From contig CAXXTH010000017.1 in NCBI GenBank assembly GCA_963668025.2, positions 1,344,001-1,408,000 of the forward strand: a stretch of DNA of 64,000 nt, written 5' to 3'. This document shows, one piece after another, positions 20,053-30,229 of the stretch. Position 1 is the first letter of the stretch. Every line of letters begins with the position of its first letter. The notes beneath the pieces are model-generated. The model searched no databases and was not told the DNA's origin. It worked only from the letters and a program-made list of their open reading frames with translations. The position numbers and the translations under genes are program-made. This DNA comes from Candidatus Hydrogenedentota bacterium (GTDB lineage Bacteria > Hydrogenedentota > Hydrogenedentia > Hydrogenedentales > SLHB01).

Positions 20053-21027
20053 CTAACCAGCGTGCTGCGCGCGAAAGGTGTCCAGGGCATTTTGGAAATC
20101 AACGGGCAAGGGCGCGGTAAAAACCATTTGCTCGCCCGTGGTGGGATGCTCGAAGCCCAGTCGCTCCGCGTGAAGCGCTTGGCCGTTGAGTTCCCCGAGA
20201 GCGGCCTTTATCTCCTCCGATACGGCCATGAATGCGTAGTCGGTAACCCCGTAGACGGGATCGCCAAGGACGGAATGGCCCGCGAAACGCAGATGAACCC
20301 GGATCTGGTGCGTGCGGCCCGTCTCGAGCCGCAAAGCGATGAGCGACGCCGCGTCAAAGCGTTCCAGCACTTCAAATCGTGTCACGGCCTCCCGTCCATG
20401 GACGCCCGTCACGGACATGCGCTTGCGGTCCACCATGCTGCGGCCCACATTCGCCACGATGCGCCCGGTATTCTCCTCGAATTCTCCCCGCACCAGGGCC
20501 AGGTATCGCCGGTCGAAGGTATGCTCGCGCGCCTGTTCTGCGAGTTTGAGGAACGCCCGTGGAGTCTTGGCCACTACGAGTACGCCCGATGTGTCGCGAT
20601 CAAGGCGGTGGACGATGCCGGGGCGGTCGGGATGGCTTCCCGAACGTTGAAAATCGGTGCAATGAAATAGCAAGGCATGAACCAGCGTGCCTGCGTAATG
20701 CCCTGGCGCGGGATGCACCACCAGCCCGGATTGCTTGTTCACCACCACGACATCGGCGTCTTGGTAGAGAATATCGAGTGGTATATCTTCCGGCACGAGG
20801 TCCGTGGCGGGCGGCGGCGGCAGTTCGGTTGCGACAGCGTCGCCTACAGCCAGTATGCGTGCCGGGCGTGTGCAGGGCTGGCCGTTCAACAGGACACGGC
20901 CCTCCTTGATGAGCTTTTTCACGAATGAGCGCGAGGCGTCCTCGAGCTGGCCCGCCAGATACACATCCAGCCTAAGCCCCTCGTGTTCCTCGGTGGCTAT
21001 ATCTTCATATGTGGTTTCGCTCATCAT
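20053..21027 (-). CDS. rluD: RluA-family 23S rRNA pseudouridine synthase RluD
   Basis: S4 domain RLDVYLA; VNKQSGLVVHPAPGH; RPGIVHRLDRDTSG; LETGRTHQIRVH; QALHA. Start moved to ATG 21027 (GAGGA). Confidence 0.93.
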   Translation of the reverse strand: MMSETTYEDIATEEHEGLRLDVYLAGQLEDASRSFVKKLIKEGRVLLNGQPCTRPARILAVGDAVATELPPPPATDLVPEDIPLDILYQDADVVVVNKQSGLVVHPAPGHYAGTLVHALLFHCTDFQRSGSHPDRPGIVHRLDRDTSGVLVVAKTPRAFLKLAEQAREHTFDRRYLALVRGEFEENTGRIVANVGRSMVDRKRMSVTGVHGREAVTRFEVLERFDAASLIALRLETGRTHQIRVHLRFAGHSVLGDPVYGVTDYAFMAVSEEIKAALGELNGQALHAERLGFEHPTTGEQMVFTAPLPVDFQNALDTFRAQHAG

Positions 21028-21077
21028 GCAATCCTCGTTTGGGTGGCTGCAAACTATCTCCATATACACCATAGCCT

Positions 21078-21137
21078 CAGAAAGCACAAGAGACACAAGA
21101 GCCATGTTTCTTGTGTCTTCTTGTGTTTTTTTGTGGC
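21078..21137. repeat. Imperfect palindromic CACA(A/G)AG-type repeat
   Basis: cacaagagacacaaga ... tcttgtgtcttcttgtg...ttgtggc between xylB and rluD. Confidence 0.55.
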
Positions 21138-21146
21138 AGCTAAATA

Positions 21147-22679
21147 TTATTCCAGTAATTTCGCCACGCGCTTGAATCCCGGGGCCAGCGCCTTGTAGGC
21201 CTCCTGGTATTCATGGAACCAGTTGTCGTATTCGGCGGCGCGTTTGCTATCGGGTTCGCAAGAATCGACGACGCGGATAGTGGCGTCGCAGGCTTGCTCG
21301 ATGGAGCCATACATCCCCGCCGCTACGGAGGCCAGCAGCGCCGCGCCAAACGATGGGCCTTCGTCTACGTTGATGGTCACTAGCGGCGCCTTGTTCACAT
21401 CCGCCTGAATTTGCCGCCAGAAGGCGCTCTTGGCCCCGCCGCCCGAAGCCCGCACTTGCGTGACCGGCACGCCGATCTTCCGCATGATATCCAGGCAGTC
21501 GCGCATGCCGAAGGCCACCCCTTCGAGAACCGCGCGCGCCATATGGGCTTTTGTGTGCCGCAGGGAAATGCCCACAAACGCGCCCTTCGCGAAGGGGTCT
21601 TTATGGGGCGTGCGTTCGCCCGTGAGATACGGCAGGAATGTCAATCCTTCCGAGCCTGCTTGAACCGTGGCCGCCGCCGCAGTGATATATTCGTACGGAT
21701 CGCGGCCCGTCTCAGAAGCGACGGCCTTTTCCGGCTGGCACACCGCGTCGCGATACCACCGCAGCGAGCCGCCCGCACTCATAACCACGCCCATGACATG
21801 CCATTTGCCCGGCACGGAGTGGCAAAACGATTGCACGCTGCCTCGGTCTTCCATCGTGATGTTTTCGGAGAACGCGAACACGACGCCGCTCGTGCCTATG
21901 GTGGATGAGATGACGCCGGGCTTCACGACGCCGCAGCCGATGCCGCCCGCCGCTTGATCGCCGCCGCCCGCGATGACCGGGATGCCCGCCGGGAGGCCCG
22001 TTTTCTTCGCAGCTTCGGCGCTGAGCGCCCCCGTGATTTCCGGGCCTTCATACGATTTTGGCATTAACTCAGGGTCAATGCCCAGAAGAGACATCAAGTC
22101 TTTGTTCCAGCAGCGTTTGCGCACATCGAACAACAGAGTGCCCGAAGCGTCCGCCACATCTGTGGCGTATTCGCCAGTCAGCACAAAGCGAATGTAATCC
22201 TTCGGCAGGAGCACCTTGCGGCATTTCTCATATAAGGCCGCTTCGTTGTCGCGAACCCAGAGCATTTTCGAGGCCGTGAAGCTCGTGAGAGCCGGATTGC
22301 ACGCCATGTCGATGAGCTTCGCTTCGCCGCCCGCCTTTTCGGTGATATATTCGCATTGGGCGGCCGTTCGGGCGTCGCACCAGAGAAGGGCGTTCCGCAA
22401 CACGTTGCCCTCTTTATCGAGCATCGTGCAGCCATGCATCTGTCCAGTCAGGCCCAGGCCTTTCACTTCCGCCGCGCGCGGCCCCAATTCTGCGGCCAGT
22501 TTCGACAGCGCGGCGAAAGCCGCTTGCTTCCAATCGGCGGGAGCTTGCTCGGCCCATCCGGGCTTGGGCGTATGAAGCGGGTATTCATATAAAGCAGAGG
22601 CCAGCACGGCCCCAGATGCGTCAATGGCGACCGCTTTAGTGCCGCTGGTGCCGATGTCCATGCCGAGTATAATGCTCAT
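21147..22679 (-). CDS. xylB: Xylulokinase
   Basis: GMDIGTSGTK, GLTGQMHG, LWCDART, VLLPKDY, GGGDQAA, IGTSGVV, FLPYLTGERTPH, GGGAKS. Confidence 0.9.
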   Translation of the reverse strand: MSIILGMDIGTSGTKAVAIDASGAVLASALYEYPLHTPKPGWAEQAPADWKQAAFAALSKLAAELGPRAAEVKGLGLTGQMHGCTMLDKEGNVLRNALLWCDARTAAQCEYITEKAGGEAKLIDMACNPALTSFTASKMLWVRDNEAALYEKCRKVLLPKDYIRFVLTGEYATDVADASGTLLFDVRKRCWNKDLMSLLGIDPELMPKSYEGPEITGALSAEAAKKTGLPAGIPVIAGGGDQAAGGIGCGVVKPGVISSTIGTSGVVFAFSENITMEDRGSVQSFCHSVPGKWHVMGVVMSAGGSLRWYRDAVCQPEKAVASETGRDPYEYITAAAATVQAGSEGLTFLPYLTGERTPHKDPFAKGAFVGISLRHTKAHMARAVLEGVAFGMRDCLDIMRKIGVPVTQVRASGGGAKSAFWRQIQADVNKAPLVTINVDEGPSFGAALLASVAAGMYGSIEQACDATIRVVDSCEPDSKRAAEYDNWFHEYQEAYKALAPGFKRVAKLLE

Positions 22680-22732
22680 AGCGTATTCCTCCCTATAAAT
22701 ATAAGATTTTCTGCTATTTATCCTTTATATAC

Positions 22733-23788
22733 TTATACAATGGGATAATTATACGCCCAAGTACCATGCTCTAGAGCATGATGAAATTCCTCAAATGTAT
22801 CAAAAACAAGCACACGAGTGCTTTTTGTGAAACCGCGTTGAAAAATAGACCGTGTTCGCTTTCTTGCTTCATGATCAGGATTAACTATAGTTATACGACA
22901 AAGGGATTCTTTTTTAAGGCAAACTCGGAAAAGAGATGATGCATGTATATCTGTCTGAGGGAATGAATATCCAATAATCAATATATCTGTGGCTTTATAA
23001 ATCTCATTTGCTGCTTTTTTCCAAAGAAGCCCAAAAACGCCTTCATCGAATCTTTTATTTGGTACAGGTGGAATTATCATTATTTGGTCTATTTTTTTTT
23101 CAGGATATGGTTCTGGGCTCAATTGAATAATTTTTCCATCGTCAGATCGAAAATGCATTGAACCATGTAATTTAAACAAAAGAATAGTGTTGTCTTTTTG
23201 GGAGGGATTAGTAGCGTTTGTATGGTTCCAATTTTCTTCTCCTTGAAGCTTGCTGTTCCTTCCCTTAGGAAGAGGCAAGCAATATCCATACCGCGAATAC
23301 CATTTATCATATCCATTACGTTTCAACGCTTCATCGACGAGGCAATCATAATTAAGGCTGATTATAACATCATGGTGTTGAAGGCATCTGATTAATTCAT
23401 TATGATATATACACGGCTTCATTTCAGAGTTATTAGTATGATCAATGAGCGATTCACGAAGAACCGCAGCAACGGAACTGACCAAATTTTTACGCATTGA
23501 TAAAAGTCTTTTTGTTGAAAGCAGACCTTCTTTATGAGTTGTTTCCACAATTCTTAGTGTGTTTTCTATCGTTGAAAATGCATCTTCCATTGTCACTCGA
23601 AAATTGTGCCCAAACAATTCCACCATATCTGTTATGATGTCATTAATTATGTCATTATACACTTTACTATTAATTCTTTGGAGTTGAGTGAAGAAATCAC
23701 TATCTAGTGGAGGCAAACATATTCCAGGTTTTTCATTCACAAAGCTCGCTCCGCGTGTAGCTCCTGCGCCTAACACAACAAGCAGCAT
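22733..23788 (-). CDS. SIR2-like (SIR2_2) domain protein, candidate NADase / anti-phage effector
   Basis: VLGAGATRG, ISLNYDCLVD, FKLHGSM, IIPP, IIGYSFPQTD, IVNPD; visibly AT-rich versus neighbours; RBS AAGGAGG. Confidence 0.8.
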   Translation of the reverse strand: MLLVVLGAGATRGASFVNEKPGICLPPLDSDFFTQLQRINSKVYNDIINDIITDMVELFGHNFRVTMEDAFSTIENTLRIVETTHKEGLLSTKRLLSMRKNLVSSVAAVLRESLIDHTNNSEMKPCIYHNELIRCLQHHDVIISLNYDCLVDEALKRNGYDKWYSRYGYCLPLPKGRNSKLQGEENWNHTNATNPSQKDNTILLFKLHGSMHFRSDDGKIIQLSPEPYPEKKIDQIMIIPPVPNKRFDEGVFGLLWKKAANEIYKATDILIIGYSFPQTDIHASSLFRVCLKKESLCRITIVNPDHEARKRTRSIFQRGFTKSTRVLVFDTFEEFHHALEHGTWAYNYPIV

Positions 23789-24092
23789 TGAATGATCCTC
23801 CTTGTTTTTTGTTTTTGTGCCTAAATACTTCTTGAAACTATACTTAGTACCTTAAAGCTTCGAAGCTGTAAAGCAGAAGCTGTAAAGAACAACAAGAAGT
23901 TGCGGCACCAATAGTGCTTGCAGATTGTAATTCTCCTTAAATCAATAGCTTAGCCTTGTTGACAGAACTACTAAAACTGCGGCAAATATTGGGTTCAAAG
24001 CCCACGTCAGGAAATATTTACAGTATGAAAGCATAAGCAATGAGATTTTGTATCGTACTTCGATTACCAAATTTCTTGCTCTTAATAACAAA

Positions 24093-24124
24093 CGGCAGGG
24101 CTGCTAGATTAGCCAGCCCTGCCG
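24093..24124 (-). terminator. Intrinsic terminator of rpsU
   Basis: cggcagggctg...cagccctgccg stem, followed by tttgttatt on the minus strand. Confidence 0.7.
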
Positions 24125-24149
24125 GAAATTTTCATGCTTTGCAACAGGA

Positions 24150-24350
24150 TTAATCCCGCGAAGTGCCTGTATTAATGGCATGGTTGCGTGCAATCGCTTT
24201 TGCTAATTTACGCCGGCGTTTTTCACTCGGCTTCTCGTAATGCTTCATTTCCTTGAGGCGCTGCATCAAGCCTTCCTTGTTGCACTTCTTCTTGAAACGG
24301 CGCAACGCCTTTTCAAAAGGCTCATCGGATTTGACTCGAACTTTTGTCAA
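24150..24350 (-). CDS. rpsU: 30S ribosomal protein S21
   Basis: EPFEKALRRFKKKC..EG...HYEKPSEKRRRK; TTG start after GGGGAGGT. Confidence 0.97.
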   Translation of the reverse strand: MTKVRVKSDEPFEKALRRFKKKCNKEGLMQRLKEMKHYEKPSEKRRRKLAKAIARNHAINTGTSRD

Positions 24351-24484
24351 GCGGATCCAACCTCCCCTCTTAACGCCGCATTCGCGGCTGAGATTTTTCG
24401 CCCATGCGCAGTAAGCAAGACACTTTCCTTGCGTGAGATATACCCGAAGAAAACCGCTTTGCCCGAATCATGGAACCGCTGGGT

Positions 24485-24514
24485 ATAGTATCAAGCGGCG
24501 GGTGAGCATGTCAA
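24485..24514 (-). promoter_or_regulatory. Putative sigma70 promoter of rpsU
   Basis: Minus strand TTGACA-18 nt-TACTAT with an extended -10 TG. Confidence 0.6.
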
Positions 24515-24607
24515 TATTTCTTTTCACGGCTTGGGTGCTGGTGAAGGCCGGAGTGATAGGCTGCGTAATGCCATGATATGCCCCGAAATCTTGTTCAGGG
24601 GCTAAGA

Positions 24608-24636
24608 TTGACAAGGAACCTAGGGGATCCTACAAT
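24608..24636 (+). promoter_or_regulatory. Putative sigma70 promoter of smg-topA
   Basis: TTGACA-17 nt-TACAAT. Confidence 0.7.
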
Positions 24637-24688
24637 ATCCCTGGATATAATAAGGAGCCGCCGTCTAGTTCGGCGGCAGGAGTGGTGT

Positions 24689-25150
24689 ATGAAACAGGCG
24701 TTGATAAAGCTCGTGGACGCTATCCTCAAGCAAATGGAAGAACAGCCCGAGTCGATGCAGACCGAGAGCGGAATACGTACGTGGTTGACGCAAGCGGGCT
24801 TCAATAAACGAGATATCGAGGATGTGCTGAAGCTGGTGCGCCCGCGTTTTGTGCATCGTTCCCCGGTGCTGGCTGGCAATGGACGCCTGGCCGTGCGTGC
24901 GTTGTCGTACTACGAGGCCTACAAGCTTTCACCCGAGGCGCGTGATGCGCTGGTCCGCCTCGAGCTTTCTGGACTTATTGACGCTTATGAACGCGAGATG
25001 ATCTTAGAACGGCTGAACCATGTCGAAGGGGAAGCCGGAATGGATGAACTCGATTACATCCTTTCTTGGGTAGTCGCGGGCACGCGCGATTACGAGACCC
25101 AGCGGACCTTGTATAACGTCTTTGAGGGCCAAGGGGATACGTATCACTAA
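24689..25150 (+). CDS. smg: Smg/DUF494-family protein
   Basis: LTQAGFNKRDI, VRALSYYE..KLSPEAR..L..LE..GLI..YEREMILER; sits upstream of topA; start ATG 24689 after AGGAG. Confidence 0.8.
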   Translation: MKQALIKLVDAILKQMEEQPESMQTESGIRTWLTQAGFNKRDIEDVLKLVRPRFVHRSPVLAGNGRLAVRALSYYEAYKLSPEARDALVRLELSGLIDAYEREMILERLNHVEGEAGMDELDYILSWVVAGTRDYETQRTLYNVFEGQGDTYH

Positions 25151-25228
25151 CCGTTCCCTGCGGCCTCGGTCCGGCGCCCGTCCCGAGTTGGGGCGAGGCG
25201 TCGTTGTGTTCCTAAAGGAGCCTTTTTC

Positions 25229-27643
25229 ATGGCGAAATACCTTGTTGTTGTGGAGTCGCCCGCCAAGGCGAAAACGATCAATAAATTTTTGGGAAAGGAC
25301 TACGTCGTTCGCGCCAGTTATGGCCACGTGCGTGACTTGCCCAAAAGCGATATGGGTGTGGACATCGAAAATAATTTCGAGCCCAAATACGTGCAATTGC
25401 GCGATTCCTCGAAAGCCATCAAAGAACTGAAAGATGCCGCGGCCAAGTCGGATTCAATTCTGCTCGCCACGGACCCGGACCGCGAAGGCGAGGCCATCGG
25501 CTGGCATGTGGCCGAAATCCTTAAATCGGCCAAGAAGCCCGTTTCCCGTATTGTTTTCAACGAGATCACCAAGACGCGCGTTAAAAAGGCCGTCGAAGAG
25601 CCGCGCCCTCTTGATGAAAACCTCGTTAACGCCCAGCAAGCCCGGCGCGTCCTAGATCGCCTGGTGGGATATAAACTGAGCCCGATGCTCCAGTGGAGTG
25701 TCCGAAAAGGCCTGAGCGCCGGGCGTGTCCAGTCCGTGGCCGTGCGCATGGTATGCGAACGGGAAGCGGAGATCCGGGCGTTTAATCCCGAGGAATACTG
25801 GACCCTTGACGCCCTTTTCGAGACCCCCCGTTCGGAGCATTTCACTGCCCGCTTAAGCAAATTCCGCGGGGAGAACATCGTTCTGGACAGTGAGGCGTCG
25901 ATCCAGGAGGCGTTGCGCGCCCTCGAAGGGGCCGAATACCGAATTTCCGGCGTCGAACGTAAAGAAGTGCGCCGCCGCCCGTATCCGCCATTCATTACAA
26001 GCACTTTGCAACAAGAAGCCTCGCGCAAACTCGGTTTTTCTCCCGCCCGCACCATGCGCCTCGCCCAGCAGCTTTACGAAGGGATCGAGATCGGCGCGGA
26101 AGGCACGGTCGGATTAATTACCTATATGCGTACGGATTCCACGCGCATGGCGGATGAAGCGTTGGATGATGTTCGTGCGTATATTCGGGAACGTTTTGAA
26201 CCAGCCATGCTCCCGGAGCAACCCAATACGTACAAGCGCGGCAAAGGCGCCCAGGACGCCCATGAGGCCATCCGCCCCACCTTGGCCGCCCGCACCCCGG
26301 AAGAGATGAAGCCTTACCTTAGCGGCGAGCAGCTTAAACTGTATACCCTTATATGGAAACGTTTTGTGGCGTGCCAGATGAGCCCAGCCGTTCTCGACCA
26401 AACCACCATTTCCATCCAAACGGGCGATTATATGTTCCGCGCGACGGGCTCCGTCATGAAATTCGCTGGATTCACGGCGTTATATGAAGAAACAAAAGAA
26501 GACAACGGCGAGGATGAAGACGGCGCGGCCCGCCTGCCTGAAGTGAATGAAGGCGAATCACTCAAACTCGAAGAATTCCATCCAGAACAGCATTTTACGA
26601 AACCACCCCCCCGCTATTCGGAAGCCAGCCTTATCCGCGCCCTGGAAGAGAATGGCATTGGGCGTCCGAGCACCTATGCGCCCACGGTGAACACCATCGT
26701 GGATCGGGGCTATGTGCTTCGGGAAAAGGGGAGGCTCCAGCCTGCTCCTATTGGCGAAAAAGTGAATGAGCTGCTAGTGGCGAATTTCCCGGATATCCTC
26801 GATATTGCCTTTACGGCGCGCCTCGAAGAGGATCTCGACCATGTGGAAGAAGGACGCCGGGAATGGCGCGAATTGCTCCGTGTGTTTTATACAGACTTCG
26901 AACGTGATCTGACGGCGGCGGAGCAGCGCATGGTGGCGGAAGCGCTGGGCGATAATCCGGTTTGCCCGAAATGCGGCGGCAAAATGGATCTGCGGCAAGG
27001 CTTTTTTGGTCCGTATATGCGATGCAAGGACGAGGCCAACTGCGACGGGCGTGTGAGCTTGCGCCGCAAGGCCCAAGCCGAACCGACGGATGAGAAGTGC
27101 GACAAGTGCGGCTCTCCCATGGTGATCCGGGAAGGGCGTTTCGGACGTTTTATGGCGTGTTCGGCCTATCCCAAATGCAAGAATACGTTTAATGTTGACG
27201 ACGAGGGCCAAAAGCTTGCCGCCGAAGAGCGGGAAGCGCCTGTAAAAACAGACCAGAAATGCCCCGACTGCGGTTCGTTTCTTCTCATCCGCAAAACGCG
27301 CCGGGGAGGCGAGCCTTTCTACGGTTGTGAGAAATATCCAAAGTGCAAGTTTACGAAGCCCATGGAACTGGGCCTCGCATGCTTGAAACCGGGATGCGAA
27401 GGCCAGCTCGTAACCAAGCGCGGGCGCGGGCGGCGCTTCATCGGATGTGATCAATATCCCAAATGTGACTTCACGGCTTTTGGCGAACTCGACCGCGAGA
27501 CGCCTTGTCCGAAATGCGGCCAGCCATGGACCACGGTGTCGCGGCCCAAAGACAAACCGCATGTGCGGCGGTGTCCGAAACCTGGGTGCGGTTATGAAGA
27601 AGAATTGCTTGACGCCATCACCAGTGACGATGAAACCCTCTAG
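25229..27643 (+). CDS. topA: DNA topoisomerase I with five C-terminal Zn ribbons
   Basis: LVVVESPAKAKTI, ATDPDREGE, SAGRVQS, ITYMRTDS, QDAHEAIRP, GIGRPSTY; C4 zinc ribbons. Confidence 0.98.
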   Translation: MAKYLVVVESPAKAKTINKFLGKDYVVRASYGHVRDLPKSDMGVDIENNFEPKYVQLRDSSKAIKELKDAAAKSDSILLATDPDREGEAIGWHVAEILKSAKKPVSRIVFNEITKTRVKKAVEEPRPLDENLVNAQQARRVLDRLVGYKLSPMLQWSVRKGLSAGRVQSVAVRMVCEREAEIRAFNPEEYWTLDALFETPRSEHFTARLSKFRGENIVLDSEASIQEALRALEGAEYRISGVERKEVRRRPYPPFITSTLQQEASRKLGFSPARTMRLAQQLYEGIEIGAEGTVGLITYMRTDSTRMADEALDDVRAYIRERFEPAMLPEQPNTYKRGKGAQDAHEAIRPTLAARTPEEMKPYLSGEQLKLYTLIWKRFVACQMSPAVLDQTTISIQTGDYMFRATGSVMKFAGFTALYEETKEDNGEDEDGAARLPEVNEGESLKLEEFHPEQHFTKPPPRYSEASLIRALEENGIGRPSTYAPTVNTIVDRGYVLREKGRLQPAPIGEKVNELLVANFPDILDIAFTARLEEDLDHVEEGRREWRELLRVFYTDFERDLTAAEQRMVAEALGDNPVCPKCGGKMDLRQGFFGPYMRCKDEANCDGRVSLRRKAQAEPTDEKCDKCGSPMVIREGRFGRFMACSAYPKCKNTFNVDDEGQKLAAEEREAPVKTDQKCPDCGSFLLIRKTRRGGEPFYGCEKYPKCKFTKPMELGLACLKPGCEGQLVTKRGRGRRFIGCDQYPKCDFTAFGELDRETPCPKCGQPWTTVSRPKDKPHVRRCPKPGCGYEEELLDAITSDDETL

Positions 27644-28166
27644 CAGTCACTATGCCTATTGGCTTGGCGTGGCGTTTCGCTGGAAGCCGCTGCTCGTGTT
27701 TTTATGCGTTCCGCTGCTTTTAGGCCAGCAGGAATGCCAGCCGGAAGGCCCCACGGTTCCAGGCACGCCTGAAACGCGCGAGATGGAGTATGACGCCTTC
27801 AATCTCATCAACCAGGAGCGGGCGGATTATGGGCTCCCAGCGCTGGTGATGGACAATACATTGCGGAACATGGCGCGCGCCCATAGCCAGGATATGGCGG
27901 ATCTGGACTATTTTAGCCATGTTTCCCCCGAAGGGGAAACCCTTGCGGATAGGCTGGCCGACGCGGGTGTGGAGTATAGCATCGCAGGTGAAAACATCGC
28001 ATACAATAACTATCCTGACCCAGCGGCGACGGCCGTAGAGGGCTGGATGAACAGCGACGGCCACCGGGCGAATATCCTGAACGAATCATTCACCACGACG
28101 GGCATGGGTGTGGCCGTGAACAACGACGGCATGTATTACTTCACTCAAGATTTTACGGCGCAATGA
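27630..28166 (+). CDS. CAP/SCP-domain exported protein
   Basis: LINQERA, ARAHSQDMA..YFSHVSPEG, AGENIA, WMNSDGHRANILN; start ATG 27630 overlaps the end of topA. Confidence 0.9.
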   Translation: MKPSSSHYAYWLGVAFRWKPLLVFLCVPLLLGQQECQPEGPTVPGTPETREMEYDAFNLINQERADYGLPALVMDNTLRNMARAHSQDMADLDYFSHVSPEGETLADRLADAGVEYSIAGENIAYNNYPDPAATAVEGWMNSDGHRANILNESFTTTGMGVAVNNDGMYYFTQDFTAQ

Positions 28167-28203
28167 CGCTTGGTTACGCACCGAACTTTTTATATTAAAT
28201 GAA

Positions 28204-28233
28204 GTGTGGGACCGGCGCTCTCGCCGGTCATTC
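28204..28233 (+). repeat. REP-like palindrome, copy 1
   Basis: gtgtgggaccggcg-ctct-cgccggtcattc; matches 37462-37491 except one loop base. Confidence 0.7.
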
Positions 28234-28322
28234 GCCACTTATTGGTTGAATGGTTACAAATTTGATGCAGGGAAGCTGATCATAAATGGCCCCAGAGGGC
28301 CTGTTTGAGAAAGAGGTCTTAA

Positions 28323-30128
28323 ATGCACCAGCATTCCGTTTCGTTGTCATTGTACGGTCGTGTGATGAGGTTCGCTCTTGCCGTTGGCCTGCTGGCGGGT
28401 TGTGGCGGGAAAGATGAAGCCCCGCAAGCCTCGCAGATGGAACCGGGGGCCTCTCTTTCCATGGAACAAAACGTTGCGCATCCCGCGCTTCCTGCTACGG
28501 TCGAGGTGCTGCGCGCCATGCCCAGTTCGGCCACCCTCGCCGCCGTATTGCCGTCCATATCCAGCTTCTATAGCGGCGCACTCGACACGGCCCATCGCCT
28601 CGCATTTGATCCCGCCTCCGTGGACGCCTATGCCGCCCAGCTCACCTCGGAATGGGGCAACGCGTATGGCGTTCCCGGGGCCGCCGCGCCTCCCGATATT
28701 TTTACTGGCCGTGGAATCGATATCGCGAAGCCTATTGCGCTCTACGCGGATATTTCCCGCTTGGATCCCGCCACGCTCCATGCCTTGATGGGTGCCTTGG
28801 GCATGGATGTGGATGCCTATACCGGCGCGACTGCCTTAGGGAAAAACATTCCCTCGGAAGCATCGGCTCCCGTGGACTGGAAGCCGCTCGCGGCTAAGGC
28901 GGATTGGGCGGTGAGCATGCCGGTGACGGATGCGAAAGAAGCCGAGGCGCTGCTTCTTGGCATATTTAAAGTCGAGGGGCAAGAACCGGCGACCCCCAGC
29001 GATGCTCCGGGCCTCCCCAAAAATGCGAAGACGTATATCACTCCCGATATGGAGTTTACCTACTGCACGGAGGAAAGCCGGATGATTTTCGGCGCTCCCG
29101 CGCGCTTTGTGGCGGCGGTCGTGGCGGGCATGCACACCCCTCGCACGGATATCGCATATGGCACTCAGGAATGCCCCGTCGAAGAGCCTGGCGAAGCCGT
29201 GGCGCTGCTCAATTCGGATGCATTGGTGAAAGTAGTTCCCGTGCTGTCTTTCTTGTCTCCCCTTACCTCAAACGCTCCTGCGTCCACCCAGGAATATACA
29301 ACGCTCACTTTGGCGTTTGCTTCGGAGCGGATGGAACTGCTGGGTCGGGCTCCCATGGCGGCGAATAGCGGCATGCTCGCTAAATTCGGTGCGCCAGGCC
29401 CGTTGCATATGGCGGCTTCGCTTCCCGCGGACACCCAAGCCGTGGCCGCTTTCCGCATCTCGCCGGAGTTGCGGCAATATATGCAAGGCGGCGCTCAAGG
29501 CGCAATCTCGCCGGAGAAGGCAAGTGAGCCGGGAATGCAGCAGGCAATGGGCGTTCTTACCATGGTGTCTGGATTGGTGGATGGTGAGCTGGCATTAGGC
29601 CTGAAGGCCGATGCGGAGGGCGCGCCGTGCGCCGTGGCCAAAGTGGGCCTGGCCAATGCGGCCCTTGCGAAAAGCATGCTCCAACTGATGGGCGTTTCGC
29701 CGCAGCCGCTCGAAACGTTCGAAGGAGTGGAAATTCTTCGTGCCCAGCCAGGCGTGCTCCCAAACAACCAGGACTTATACTGCGCCATTGCTGAAAACAC
29801 CTTGTGCCTCGCGACAAGCCAGGACGACATGCATGAACTCCTGCGCGCCTCCGATGGCGGCTCCCGGCTTTTCGAGTCGTTGAATCCGCCACTCGATCCG
29901 GAAGCCCAGCGATATGGCCTGTTGGCGGTGCGCGGCAGCCTGTTTACGGATATGTTAATTCCCTTGCTGCGCCAGCAAGGAACGGAAGGTGAGCCGGAAG
30001 CGGGCCTGGATGAGCTGGCTTCCTGGGAGCGTGTAGGGCAAAATATACGGGAACTGCGCATAACGGATGAAGCGCAAAACGGCTGGATGCGTGGGAGTGC
30101 AACAATCTTTTGGAACAAGCCAGCGTAA
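28323..30128 (+). CDS. Putative lipoprotein of unknown function (possibly DUF3352-like)
   Basis: Lipobox LLAG-C, long open frame, RBS AAGAGG. Confidence 0.7.
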   Translation: MHQHSVSLSLYGRVMRFALAVGLLAGCGGKDEAPQASQMEPGASLSMEQNVAHPALPATVEVLRAMPSSATLAAVLPSISSFYSGALDTAHRLAFDPASVDAYAAQLTSEWGNAYGVPGAAAPPDIFTGRGIDIAKPIALYADISRLDPATLHALMGALGMDVDAYTGATALGKNIPSEASAPVDWKPLAAKADWAVSMPVTDAKEAEALLLGIFKVEGQEPATPSDAPGLPKNAKTYITPDMEFTYCTEESRMIFGAPARFVAAVVAGMHTPRTDIAYGTQECPVEEPGEAVALLNSDALVKVVPVLSFLSPLTSNAPASTQEYTTLTLAFASERMELLGRAPMAANSGMLAKFGAPGPLHMAASLPADTQAVAAFRISPELRQYMQGGAQGAISPEKASEPGMQQAMGVLTMVSGLVDGELALGLKADAEGAPCAVAKVGLANAALAKSMLQLMGVSPQPLETFEGVEILRAQPGVLPNNQDLYCAIAENTLCLATSQDDMHELLRASDGGSRLFESLNPPLDPEAQRYGLLAVRGSLFTDMLIPLLRQQGTEGEPEAGLDELASWERVGQNIRELRITDEAQNGWMRGSATIFWNKPA

Positions 30129-30229
30129 AATACGGGATACAGGCATTGGAACCGCGAGCGCCATATGGTATCCTAAATGAGCCCCGGAGTGAGCCGAGGG
30201 CGCGATGGAATGAGGCGATTCGAAGCGCG

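Noticed and set aside
19636-20670. 344-aa + strand ORF
   Set aside because: Overlaps the MFS gene out of frame and rluD antisense.
26774-27562. 262-aa minus-strand ORF
   Set aside because: Shadow of topA.
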